From the NCBI GenBank assembly GCA_000934665.2, contig KZ538014.1:186001-214262 (forward strand): a stretch of DNA of 28,262 nucleotides, read 5' to 3'. The translations under genes and the position numbers were made by a program. Positions 11,496 to 23,179 of the stretch are shown here, in pieces. This DNA comes from Catajapyx aquilonaris (Eukaryota). The notes beneath the pieces are model-generated. The model was given only the letters and a program-made list of their open reading frames with translations. It made no database searches and was not told where the DNA came from. The stretch's first letter is position 1; every line of letters begins with the position of its first letter.

Positions 11496-14400
11496 TATAC
11501 ATGCCAAAACATGTCAGGTGATTTCTTATCTTACATTATTCTAAGTCTAAGGGGTCAACTATATAATACGGAATTTCTGTACTTATAATTTATTGGTTTA
11601 TATTTTTGCTGTAGCTGGTTAATTGACATAACTCCAATTATTGAATGTCATCCACGAACCAAGTAACTATAGATTTAGGGCTGGTTTCTCTGTTATTAAT
11701 TGCTGGATAATTATTACAAACAAGTAATGACAAGGGGCTAGCGGTGCAACCATCCCTTAACTTAAAATATATATTTCACTTTAAGTACCACAATTATTTT
11801 GCACATAGAACGGCATGCCAGGATAAAATGAAATAAATGAGATACCTGAAAAGTTATTACACCTGCCGGGGATTATTTGTTGAATGCCATTTGTTCAGTG
11901 ATGCTTTCAGTGACTCTGACGTGCTTTGCATAATCACCGCTGGGGAGACATGGCGCTGCCGTTGAAAAAACTAGAGTTTGACGATTGTGTCATGTATGTT
12001 ACGAAAAATAATGGAATATTTGAAATCAGCGAGTTTATTTCTAAATTTCGGAGATTATTTTCCTTGTACCTAACCGTTCCATTAAACTTATGTGTAATAA
12101 GCGTGGTAATGCCATTAACATCAATGCTGAGTTTAAATCAAATCCGTTCAAAGCTTTTAAAATATTTAATCATGTTTAACTGAGCTAATAAATTATCATA
12201 CATTACAGCTAACATACAAGTATAGTGCAAATCTAGTCGTTGCTGCAGACTGTATACTGTATACGAGTATACTGTAGCCCTTTTATGATAAAATGGATTG
12301 TAATGTACCTTCACCCCTCCTCTTCCTAGTTCGGCAATAGTTGCCAGCCTCTGGAACGAACCGGTAGTTCCATATCCTACATTCTGCACCAATCTGCGGC
12401 TAGACACTACACTCGACTTTGCTGATTTTATAGGCCATTCAGTGTTTATCATATTACAAAATAATTGCAAAAAGCCATCCGCCCGTTTTTGCACCCGAAC
12501 CTAAATGTAGGCGCTTCTGGCCTTACAGGCCTTTTCGGCCAGATTAAATAGAAAATCGGAAAATCGCTATGCTCCACAAAGTCGCACTGCACTGGGCCAT
12601 TGCGGAGCAACCTCTGCGATGACCTCATCATTGTGGCCTTTAAGCTGGCCACATGAGCAGTCACCTCACATACGTAAATTGCACATCGGTGACAGCCGAA
12701 TAGGGCTGATTTCCCTAAAATTTCTGAGGCGCAATGCAGGGGAAAAGGTAATCAGATTTTTTGGCCGCTTCTGGAAGCAATCATTTTAGTATGTTTGCTG
12801 GCTAATTGTAACACTAACATGGCAAGCACTCATCATGCGAATTGGGTGTGGTGCAGGGGCATACAGAGGGGAGGGCTGTTGGAGGGAAAGTGGGGGAGGG
12901 TCTTTTGCCATATGGCTCCCATCGGGAAAATGAACCAACAACTAGTTAGGCTACATCCAAGCGAGGTAATATGGAACTTGTTGCGTTGGATGTTCCAATA
13001 ACGCATAGGATATTTGGGTTGAAAACAAGCCATCGCCGTGCAATTTCGTGATGCGCCGCTATGGTCGTCCGAAATTAAGCAAAATAACAAGCCCGCGGGG
13101 CTTTTTCCAGCGTAAATTTCTCCAGACTACTAACTGTCCAGGGATATTGTGACGCAGGGTTATGCACCAGCTCGAATAACTGCGGGGCTCGTGGCGGGGT
13201 CTGCCCCTGCCAAAATTTGGCTCCAGTGATTCATTCATGAAGACTTTTTTTTTTTTCGGGGGGATGGTAACACTGGGTTGGATGGTTGGTCCAAAAGAAG
13301 CAAAACCCGATCCTGGTTTATGACCGCCTTCCCCCTCTTCACTTTTATGCCCTCAGATACTTTTGCTTTCCGCCTTCCTCGTATTCCGGCTTTTGAACAG
13401 AGCCGCCGACAACTCTTCAGCGAAACTTGTCAGCACCGTAAGTCATAAAGGACCAAATTATAGGGGAAAGTAATCATCTGCCGACAGCGGCCATTCGCTT
13501 TCACCGAATTAGAAAACTTGCCGTATTCATTTTCAAAGAGAAAAAAAGTACATTTTTTTATTAGAAGACTTTTTGGGTTTGGTGACAACATGGTGGATAC
13601 ATGGGGTACAGTGCATTTTTCGGTGCGCGAAAAGTTCAAGTCGTTTGTCACTATCTGACATTTTTTTGACTTGGTCGCAGCAGTTGCCGTCGTACATAAC
13701 GACAAAACTTGTAAGGTGGCTGTAATTGGGCATAAATTTCTTTCAAACGCTACAAACGTGAACGACGACCTTGGTGTTACCCATATTTTTGTTCTCGAGA
13801 ACGAGTTTTGGTCGTTTACCGCCGTTTACCTGTTCGGACTGAAATGGCAACGGAAGTTGACCAACCAGGTTATTAAGCAACTCGAATGCGACTTATTGGT
13901 CTTGAACGATCGGAACTTCGACCTTTCAGTCAAATCCGGTACAGCCTATTTTTAAATATAGAAACAATGCTACTACATAACATATTTTTTGCACCCAACG
14001 TATACTGTATAACACCCCGTGCATATGAAGTGAATAAGCAGTCCCTGGAATGTAACATTTTCTCTAACCCCCCAACACCCCCTGTGGAGATGTTTTATGC
14101 TAGTTGATTCCACATTTTTTTCTGACCCTTACAAAAGCTGTGTGACCACATTGTTGCTGTCTTGATACGAAAGTTCAGACTCTGTTTGCATGTAATGTGG
14201 CTACAAGGTGGGCAGGTACGGCGCAATTATTTTCGGCCGGTTGGAATTACCAGTTGTAGATTTTCTTTTCTGCAAACGTTACTTTCTGTGACTCAAAAGA
14301 AGTTTGCTCGTTTTCCTCGTCTAAGGTTTATAACTGCTTGGCAACCTGGACCTTGCAATGTTGCAAACGCGCCGGATAAATTACGCGTAAACTCAGGGAA

Positions 14401-16405
14401 GTAGTATTAATCAACGTTTCAGGAGCTTGTCAAGAACAACTGGTTGGCAAGCTACTGTGACTTCTTGGCAACAAATCGCGTCGTTTGCAGCTCGAGTTCT
14501 GTGCAATTATGTCTCGGTAGGGTTAATTTATTCAGACCCTGCGACAGTTGCAGAAGACGCGAGGCTGAAACTGGCGATTCCAACCTTCCGTTTTCTGCTG
14601 GCCTGACTATGTCACTTGTGAGTTGATAGAGAGAAGGGTGTCAGTATATTTTGTGAGTACCAAGCAAAATCTTCAGGAAAATGTAGATTGATATAATAAA
14701 TGTGGCAAGGGCGACATTATTTTAATTCAGTGCCCATAGTTACCCAATCGCCGAAAGAAAATGCAGTTGTTATTGAATAACCGGTCTATTTCTCAATGCC
14801 GCCTAGATTTTTGAGATATAAAAATTTAAAACTGGGACGAGTGACATGTTACAATTCCATTCCCCTCCCCCCCTTCCTTTTATACCAATGTCCAGCACTG
14901 CATGCACAGAATTGTGACCTTCACATGTGACCCAAGGCTTTGTAGTTGGTTGTAGTGCATGCTGCTTCCCATGTGAAAGGTTTCTTCCCCTTTTTTTGTC
15001 CGCGCATCATACCAAAGCATGGGTGGATCCAAATGCCGAAAAAGCCCCTTTTTAGATGTAGGTCTTGTCACTTATTTTCAAAATGCCAGCAAGGCCTATT
15101 CAATCGGGACTTGAATATGACTGGATATCACCGCTCTTATGACATGTCCTCTTGCAAGGAAAAAAAAATCAGGATGCACAGTTCTATTTTTTGAGAAAAG
15201 CATCTGAGTAAAGCCGTTCATGAAATTTTTTTCCAAATAGCAGTAAGTAAGCTTCAACATTGTAGGGTCCTTCCAGCTGATGGCCATAGGGTGTAGTCCT
15301 GTTATCGTTGGGCACATAGTCAGGGACAACACGAGTCACGCTTGGGCACATCATATCGCAAAAAAATACACATATTGAAAAGGCAGTAGGTTTGCATGAC
15401 ATTACTCATCAAGGACACTCTTGACACCCTGCCAATTTTTTTGCCGGTTCTGATAGACATTATGTCACACACTGCAACACACGTGAGGAATTACAAACGA
15501 CCAGGCTTTTCATAGATGCTTGTCTGAATAAATAGAAAATCCACAGATATTTATCTCCCTCACTGTTCGTTTGTGACAAAAGACTATTTAGTTGATAGCC
15601 AACTGCATCCATGTAGGAGACAACTTGACAAGCTGCAGAACCGAGCATCCTATATAGCTTGAGACAAAAAAAAAAGTTTAACCAGCAGATCAGGTAACAA
15701 AAAAATGAACCTGTGGGTAATGGACGTACAAATTGTGGGTGGAAATCTCACCTCTACCCATCCAAATCTTCAGAGCATTTCTCCAATGCGTGTTGAGATG
15801 ACTCCCAGGCTGGCAAGGTAAGTCGTTTTCTACAAACCTTATCGTCCCCGATCCCAGAGCCCACTTTACACTCGCATCGTTTCTTCTCCAGAAGCCCACA
15901 CAATATTTTTTGCTCAGCCTTTTTCCAGCGTCCGACTTTGCGCCCCAGAGTAAGAAAAAAAACTGAGACAATTTTGGAGGTTTTAGTGAGGATTGTCATT
16001 ATCCCTATTTTCCTTGTGACACGTAGGCTGCAATTTCTGGGAAGTAATGTTGGTAGGCGCTTCTAGTTTCTTGGGAAGGAGGGGGAGGTTGAGAATTGGC
16101 TACTTTTGTCTCTCGTTTCCTCCTAATGACGTCCCGGGACGGATTAAGAGAGACAAGCAGGTACCACTTATTTTTTGTAACAGGGACAGACGCACCTGCG
16201 GTGTTTTTAGAAGGTTTCGTTTGCTTTGTTATCCGGCTGAACTGGATCCGTAGTACATGTCATTGAAAAACAATATGGCGCAGCCTTGAATTTGACGCCG
16301 TAAAATAGCCCTTAAAAGGAGTTTGAAGACAAGCGTTGCATTACAGGCTTTGTAGGCATTATCTGTGGAAGCTTTTCCGGGGCGCTTTGTAAATCGTGGT
16401 TGAGA

Positions 16406-16604
16406 GGGGGAGGGAGAGGGGAAAGAAAAATGCTGGGGGGAGGGGGGGGGGAGAAAAAAAGGGAGAGAGCTTTACATTACGATCTGGACCATTTACGATA
16501 GCGATTCACTTGATGGCTAGTCATTAGCACTGTACGGCGTATTCAGCAACCGTAAAATGCACCTACCCTCCCCGCCACCCCCTTTCCCCCCACCCTCCCG
16601 TCCC
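16406..16604. other. Paired G-rich and C-rich tracts (potential G-quadruplex motifs on opposite strands)
   Basis: Five G-runs of 3 or more at 16406-16451 on the plus strand. Seven C-runs of 3 or more with 1-4 nt loops at 16566-16604. Confidence 0.5.
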
Positions 16605-18150
16605 TTGTCCTCTCATCCCTCTGGCATTCCCGCACAGCTTTTGTTAAAATATCCAGGCCAGCTAATTTAGCGACCATCAATTCCAGCAGCTTCACAATTT
16701 GCCGAATTTGAAGAATTCTCTGCATTGCCTGACTTGCTCCAACTCTCTGGTTTCCCCCTTATCAGCATACTTGTATGTCGTCACAGAACAACTGATGTGT
16801 AAGATGACATTCAGTTTAGAGGTTCTGTTGTGAAATCGCTTCTGGGAGGAAAAATTGTGTAGTTACTACGGCCATCAAAAAAGCGGTTGAATCAAGGACA
16901 GTGTGCAGAGCCCAAGAAAACTGTTGATTTACGACACATCAAACATTAACTGATTGCTCTAAGTTGGGAAATGAGCGTGCTTGCTGTGTAGCGCAAAAAG
17001 AGAAGGACGTATTTGAACAAATGATAAAATAGCGTGATAATTACTGGGAACATATGTTTGTTCATTATCTGTATTTTTTGTGCAGGAGAAAAAACAAACG
17101 ATTACTGCACAAATTTGATTTAATACCAGTAGTTAACATATTGAACAGGGTTTTAAAAGATGCCTAACAGAGCTCTACACCTTGCTGGATTACGGAAGAA
17201 TTAGGTCTGGATGATTGCGTATTCCTGTTTTTACCTTTTGTGTTTTGTCGATAGGTGGCGCCACATGGCAGGTTTTGCCAAGAAATTTTCATTTTTTTTA
17301 AAAAAATTCTAAAGCATTATGTTTTCTAATTCACTTAAGGATCCTCCAATCGCACCTTGCCTCCAACCACATTAGATCAGGGCAGAAAACCTGCACTAGT
17401 ATACTGCAACCTCCATTTTGATCGGAACCTGGCACGTGGACATGATTTTCTGACACGTGTTTGAGAACAATGAGTGACAACCTAGGCCTACCTTTTCTCT
17501 TAAATGTCCCCCGCCCCTCCTGTACTTTTTTTTCCGAAGGTGTGGGCGCAAATTCATCAGGGCCTTGGGGGAGCAGTGCAATTTGGGGGCTTCCCCAGAG
17601 TCTCGTTGTTCCGAGCATAGTTCCCCAGAGCGCCATCGGAGCAGGGCCAGCTGTGGCTTGCTTCGCCACTGTCCTGCCCCAACCGCAATCACCCTTCCAC
17701 GGCCCTACCTCCATTTGCTACCCTAGCACACTCCTCTTTTCTTTTTTTGTCTCTCTCAACTCCTTTGCCTTTACTCTACCCCTCTCCTTTTGGTGGCTAT
17801 CTTCTACCTGCCTGGCCACACCTCTTCCAATCACATCGCACCGCCGCTTCCAGGTCGGCCATTATCATGCCTGTAGATGGTGTCCAGAAAGAACTTATTC
17901 AACCCTTCCCTGACTGTTGGCTTGGTACTATTGGAAGTGCTATGGGTTTCTATCTGGCCTGTCAAAGTGTTGGGGGTCAGTGTGAAAATGAAAGAACTCG
18001 ATGTTTAGTATGCAATTTTTCATGATCAAAATCTGAATCCATTGGTGAATATTTTTGTTGAGGTCAGATTTTTAGATGATGGGTGGGAAAAGAACAAAAT
18101 TTTGTTGCATTTTAAATTACAGCATGTTTCATGAATTCACTGATAAAATA

Positions 18151-18442
18151 CAGGGTGTTACAAGTATCCGAGTCACTTTTGGATAACTGCTATCGCCCGA
18201 TAGCAGTTATTTTTGTAGCTTGTTGTGCCCCGATTCAGTTGCCAGCACCTGCTACAGTGCTGGACATAAATTAGCAGTCCCTAAATGTTTATTTTTTGGC
18301 ATAGGCGGCACACTGGCGTTACCTGGCAACTAAGTAACTTAGAATGGGGCAACTGAATCGGGGAACAACAAGCTACAAAAAAATAACTACTATTGGGCGA
18401 TAGCAGTTATCCAAAAGTGACCCGGATACTTGGAACACCCTG
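18151..18442. mobile_element. 292-bp Tc1/mariner-type MITE (CAGGGTG termini, TA TSD)
   Basis: TA|cagggtgtt...aacaccctg|TA. Arms 18151-18243 and 18348-18442 differ by 5 substitutions plus a 2-nt poly-T indel. Internal 13-bp palindrome at 18183-18210. Confidence 0.93.
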
Positions 18443-18539
18443 TATAACGTTGTATGATAATACACCATCAACTAAGACATTTTCTGGCATTGGACAATGT
18501 TTCCTCATTTTTCATGACATGAAAATAATAATGTTTGTT

Positions 18540-18588
18540 CAGGGCCCATGGCCCTAAAACAACGGGGAATTAAATAAATGAATAAATA
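18540..18588 (+). mobile_element. Extremely 5'-truncated non-LTR retroelement (LINE/SINE 3' end) with (TAAA)n tail and 13-bp TSD
   Basis: Direct repeat aataatgtttgtt at 18527-18539 and 18589-18601 flanks a stem-loop agggcc-cat-ggccct (18541-18555), then aacgggg and a taaataaatgaataaata tail. Confidence 0.7.
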
Positions 18589-19085
18589 AATAATGTTTGT
18601 TAGGTGTGATTTTATGAGTGAACTGAATTTATGAGTGATATGAAACTGTACCGCAAATCACAAGGCACTAAATTTTCGGAAAATGTCAAAAACCAAAAAT
18701 TCTGGTTTGCCAAGGTTTTAAAGTGATAGTAATGTATTGCACAGTAACTTTACAATAATTTTATCGGACATGTCTGATTAAGTTGGTTTTCAGGTTCTTT
18801 TACAGTAAATTATTGCTTATAGACATGCCAGTGCACTTGATTCTCAGCATATCAGACAACATCTCGCAGTAATACGTAACCAACTTTTTTAAAAAGTAGC
18901 ACAATGGGGTTTTAGGCTGCTACTCATATTAATTATAGGATTTTTTCCTATGATATTTTCATATGTCACTTATGTAATCTTAATGCAGAAGATTTTTCTG
19001 CTTTCCCCCTGAATTTCCAACCTAAGACATGCTGGTACCACACATTGACAAGGTGTTTAAATCTCAAAAATAAGTCCGAAAATTA

Positions 19086-19125
19086 CAGTCGGTCCCTGTT
19101 ATCCGCGGTCTTGTTATCTGCGGTT
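19086..19125 (+). mobile_element. Solo pogo/Tigger-like terminal sequence
   Basis: TA|cagtcggtccctgttatccgcgg, then a second gttatctgcgg. Resembles Tigger-type termini (CAGT...CC..TATCCGCGG) as I recall them. Matching opposite end not found. Confidence 0.5.
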
Positions 19126-19828
19126 TAAAAATATCCTATACGTTGGCCAGGAAAAAAAATCAGCAAATTGCTATAGAAAGCACCTCAGTTCACCATTAAA
19201 ACCACACGAGTAATCATCAGCAACAATATTATAGGACAGTACCAGCTATTACTTAACTATTAATTTTTACTGTATAATTTCTAATGCCACGCTGTATCTA
19301 CTCGGAGGAAATCTCCGATTATTATGCATTGCGACTAGCTACTTGGTTACGGGCTGAATTTGTTTCTTAAAACTGGGCCTAATTCATCCCTTTTTTATGG
19401 AAAAACATTGTAGCAGAAAATGATAGTTTCCAGAAGGGATTTGCAGTTTTTAACTAAAGCTACTATGTAAAATTGCAAAAATATTCTTCGCCACTGGATT
19501 TGATGAGTGTCGGCTCAGATTTAATGTATCGTAAAATGCAAACATTCATATTTTCAAGTCACAATTATTTTGTGAATAACTTTGAATAGCGTTCTGCTGT
19601 AAGTGTGACATCTTGATCAATGTCAAGCACACGCACTAGTAGTCAGGCAGAAAACTTGTCGAAATCACAAGGCGTGACAGGACTCAACTAAAATTTTAAA
19701 AGCAATATCTAATCTTACTCCCAGGCAAGCATGAAACCCCGCTCAAATAAAAATGAATTGTGCGACGTAGCTCATGCGCGTTAAGTTCCATTGCATTATA
19801 TGAATCAGTTTTTCCGTCATACATGCTA

Positions 19829-20095
19829 TATCGTCGACATACAAGTGAAACCCACTTAGTTCAATTTTGGAAGTTTTGAGTTATTTACACTACCGGTACT
19901 ATAAGTCGAATATTTTCTGCTCTATCGTTTGGTGAAGTCCATTAGTCCTAAAGATTCATCATGAGCCATAAAACCAGAGGTTTCTGTATTCACTAGCATG
20001 TAAACAAGTGCAATGTCAAATCTTTGCACGAAATTATCTGGAAACTGGTTTTTTGAGACTTACTGTTAGTGGATTTCACTTGTATGCCCACGATA
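19829..20095. mobile_element. 267-bp mariner-like MITE with ~28-bp TIRs and TA TSD
   Basis: 19827-19856 (tatatcgtcgacatacaagtgaaacccact) matches the reverse complement of 20068-20097 at 27/30, including the outer TA. The interior is AT-rich and non-coding. Confidence 0.8.
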
Positions 20096-21402
20096 TATCG
20101 CACATACTGCTGACCTGAATAACATGTGCAAGACATACTGTACATAATGTGATCACGACTCAGGAAAGAATCTCATCAACACCAGGAACGTGTCTCTGAG
20201 AACCTAAAAAGTCACTTGATTCGTTCCCCTTGTTGATTATCAACTAGTCTTCTTACATGCAAGCTTTGTTTATAGTAATGGGTCAACTTGGCACCTTAGA
20301 ACACAAGGTGTGGACCCAGTCTTCGTGATGGAGCATCGTCCACTTCACTTGCTCCGACTCGCCTTACAATCCTTGTAACCAAGCGAAGCAAGAGAGGGAA
20401 AGAATTTTTTCGTTCCTTTTCTTAGATGGGAGAAAAGTTTCAGCTTAGATGTCGTTAGGAAGGGGACGAGGAAGTGGAGGTGTAAATTCCGGTTCCGATA
20501 TGCATCTAGAATGTTTCCAGTCGTTGGGCAGTCGCCAGGCGCGCAGCTTCAAATTTCCGTAAGGGTGTTATCCCGGAAAAGTACGAGATGAAACTCGTAG
20601 TATTTTGGAAGGAGCCAGAGGCTGTGAGATGACTATTATTTCCTTCCTACCGAGCCCTGGAGGAAGAAATGCTATCTCGACTCCATTTTCCACACTTGCG
20701 GATAGACATAGCCGATTTCTAAATATTACACTTGTTACACTTGTAGAGTCAACTAGGGGTGCACCGTTCCTCTTTCTGGTTGGGTCCCAGGTTTAGGCAT
20801 AGATGAATGAGCAATTTTAGTCGTGGTTGTCACCACGTGGGAAACCTGCCAAGGATTTCCTGGCAGAATTTCCAATTGCAGGCCTTCGCAGGGCTAAAAT
20901 CAAATGGAACAGTCCCATTTGGTGCAGTTTGGTGGGAGGGGACAGAGCGGAAAGATAAAAGTGGGTTTTTATGGACGTGAGATGGGTGACTTTTTTTTGT
21001 CAGCAGCGGGATATCGGGCTTCCATAAAATGATGTGTAAGTAGGCCCGGGTCTTATCACAGCCGCGCCTCAACTCGCTCAACTTGGGCCTAGCACTTGGT
21101 CTCACATAAACCTAATGCAGCGTGCTAATGGCGACGATACTGCGCTCATGTTCTTCACTACTGGTGTTATTAGTGCCAGTCACTGAGCCTAATGTGCCTC
21201 AGCCTTGTTATAGACTGCAAACGTACAAAAAATCAGTAGTACCGAGTATCGGTTCTACTGGAAAAAATGGCCGCAAGCGGGTGATACTATCGGCACAGTA
21301 TTATTGCGGACAGAGAAAGTGTACTGAATAATATCGCTCTGATAGTACATGTAGTGTGGACCACCCAGCCCTAGGCCAACGAACTGAGATTTGACCTATC
21401 CT

Positions 21403-21416
21403 CCACCAGATGGCGG
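21403..21416 (+). promoter_or_regulatory. Candidate CTCF binding site
   Basis: ccaccagatggcgg matches the consensus CCASYAGRKGGCRS at 14/14 positions. Motif match only. Confidence 0.4.
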
Positions 21417-22368
21417 ACTTAATTTCACAAGTTATTAGTAGGCGAAATTTCATATCCGACAGGGAATAGATGCAGGACCTCATCTCGGGGAGCCCCCGCT
21501 GTTCCAAAACTAAAGTTGTAATTTGATCCGATTTATTGAAGATTGGACCAGGGAAACATGTAGTAGAGTAGTATAAGAGGAAGAAGATGGTCCTCTCCCC
21601 CTTTCCCCCCCATCCAGTCTCCCTCAACCAACCAACTCCATCCGCCAGAAGCCCCCGAACTTCTTAATGGGAAACTCATTCGGGTCGTTTTCCGCCATTA
21701 TATTTGGGAAACTTTTTATCGCTTTGACCTCCTATCTCCTCTCCATCAGCTCCATCTAATTATAGTCGGATTTTTTGTTTCCCCTAGCAATTAAACGGGT
21801 AGATGGAAATTGCACCCAGAGGTGAAAATACGGGATAAACTTGGCGAAGAAAGCATTCTGATTAGAACCATGGACCAGCCAGTTAATTGTGCGGAATAAT
21901 TAGGCCACTCTTGCAAAGTGCCCCAGATAAATCCCTAGCGATGGGTCTAGCCTTCCTGATAGACTCTGTGGACAATGGGAAAGGCCACACGTGGAGCCGT
22001 CTGACGGTACAGAGGACAACTTTGGATTAGTACAAGCGCGACAAATTATGAGGGAATGACATGAGAAGTCCACTTATGACCATTCCTACGTTTAATTGAC
22101 GTCATAACAAGTTCTGACCTTTGTCACAAGGTTTCATGCTGGAAAACCTTGGTTAGTGGGGGTCATTCGAATAAGTGGACAAAATATCAAGAAAAAATAA
22201 CGACTTATGTACCTGAATATTGATATTTAAGTACTTCATAACCATCGCGTATACTCCATCAGAATGTTCGATAATAAAATTAATTGGTGCGAAATATGGA
22301 CAAAACTCTGCATTATGCGCAATTGAAACAAGCAATTTTTCTATGGCTTGTTCTTCTGCTGTGCAAAC

Positions 22369-22420
22369 CAGTGGTTCTCAAACTTCAAACCGCGGCCCAC
22401 TAGTGAGTCGCAAAATGATC
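22369..22420 (+). mobile_element. hAT/Charlie-like left terminus (degenerate element, possibly extending to ~22557)
   Basis: cagtggttctcaaact...gcggcccactagtgagtcgc, preceded by gtgcaaac, which fits the hAT nTnnnnAn target pattern. A possible right TIR at 22543-22557 matches only 10/15 and lacks the TSD. Confidence 0.5.
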
Positions 22421-22946
22421 AAATGTTCACCCTAATGCCTGGTTTCTCCAAAATTTTAGCTGAACAATAAGAGCTAAATGGTAGTTTAATTGCCACATCA
22501 ACAACTTAAACTGCAGTTAACTCTTTACTGCCAGTTAAAAAGGTTGGAGAAGCCGGGCTTAAGTGGGCTTCGTTCAAAAATTTTAAACTCATTGATTTAT
22601 ACTAAAGCGAATTCCATTTCTAAAACAAATTTCGATGAACTAAATCACACCCTTGTTGGCTTTTTTGTAACTTCAAAATTCGAAGAAGACCAATTAATTT
22701 TTTTTGCTTTTTTCGACCGTTTTGCTAATGTGCGAAAGGAGTTACTTAATCGCCTCTGCGACTACTTACTATCAGCTAAATAAAATTGCAGGGTAACACT
22801 ATATTTTAAATGGAAGAGGCAATGTCGCATGGAGGGATGCATACCTGGCAGGATATTTTAACCTTTCGTTTGAAGGTCATTAGCTCGGTAACGATGCTTT
22901 GGAGAGTTCATTTGTCTGAGAATCATTATGAAACACCCTCTATATA

Positions 22947-23179
22947 CAGGGTGTTCCAAGTTCGTGGGTCACTTTTCTTATCACTAATATTGGCCCGAAG
23001 TTGTTATTTTTTTGTTGCTCGTTGTGCCCCTAATCAGTTGCCCCATTACTCCCAGGTGGTCGAATATAGCAGTTGCTATAGAATAGGGCAACTGATTAGG
23101 GGCACAACGAGCTACAAAAAATAACCACTTCCGGCAATATTCCGGCAAGAAAATTGACCCACGAACTTGGAACACCCTG
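22947..23179. mobile_element. 233-bp Tc1/mariner-type MITE, second subfamily of the CAGGGTG family
   Basis: TA|cagggtgttccaagttcgtgggtca...tgacccacgaacttggaacaccctg|tt, with ~95-bp inverted arms. Shares the gttattttttgtagctYgttgtgcccc.a.tcagttgcc block with 18151-18442. The right TA is imperfect (followed by ttata). Confidence 0.92.

Noticed and set aside
12505..13212. Several 6-9 bp GC-rich stems (near 12516, 12633, 13154, 13192)
   Set aside because: Too short to exceed chance expectation, with no shared motif or Helitron-type CTRR ending.
13998..14007. acgtatactg resembling the 5' end of miR-iab-4
   Set aside because: The match stops after 10 nt and there is no precursor hairpin.
15809..15817. 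Second 9-nt microexon-like pattern (cccag|gctggcaag|gtaagt) on the plus strand
   Set aside because: Weak polypyrimidine tract and a competing upstream AG. It shows how easily such patterns arise by chance.
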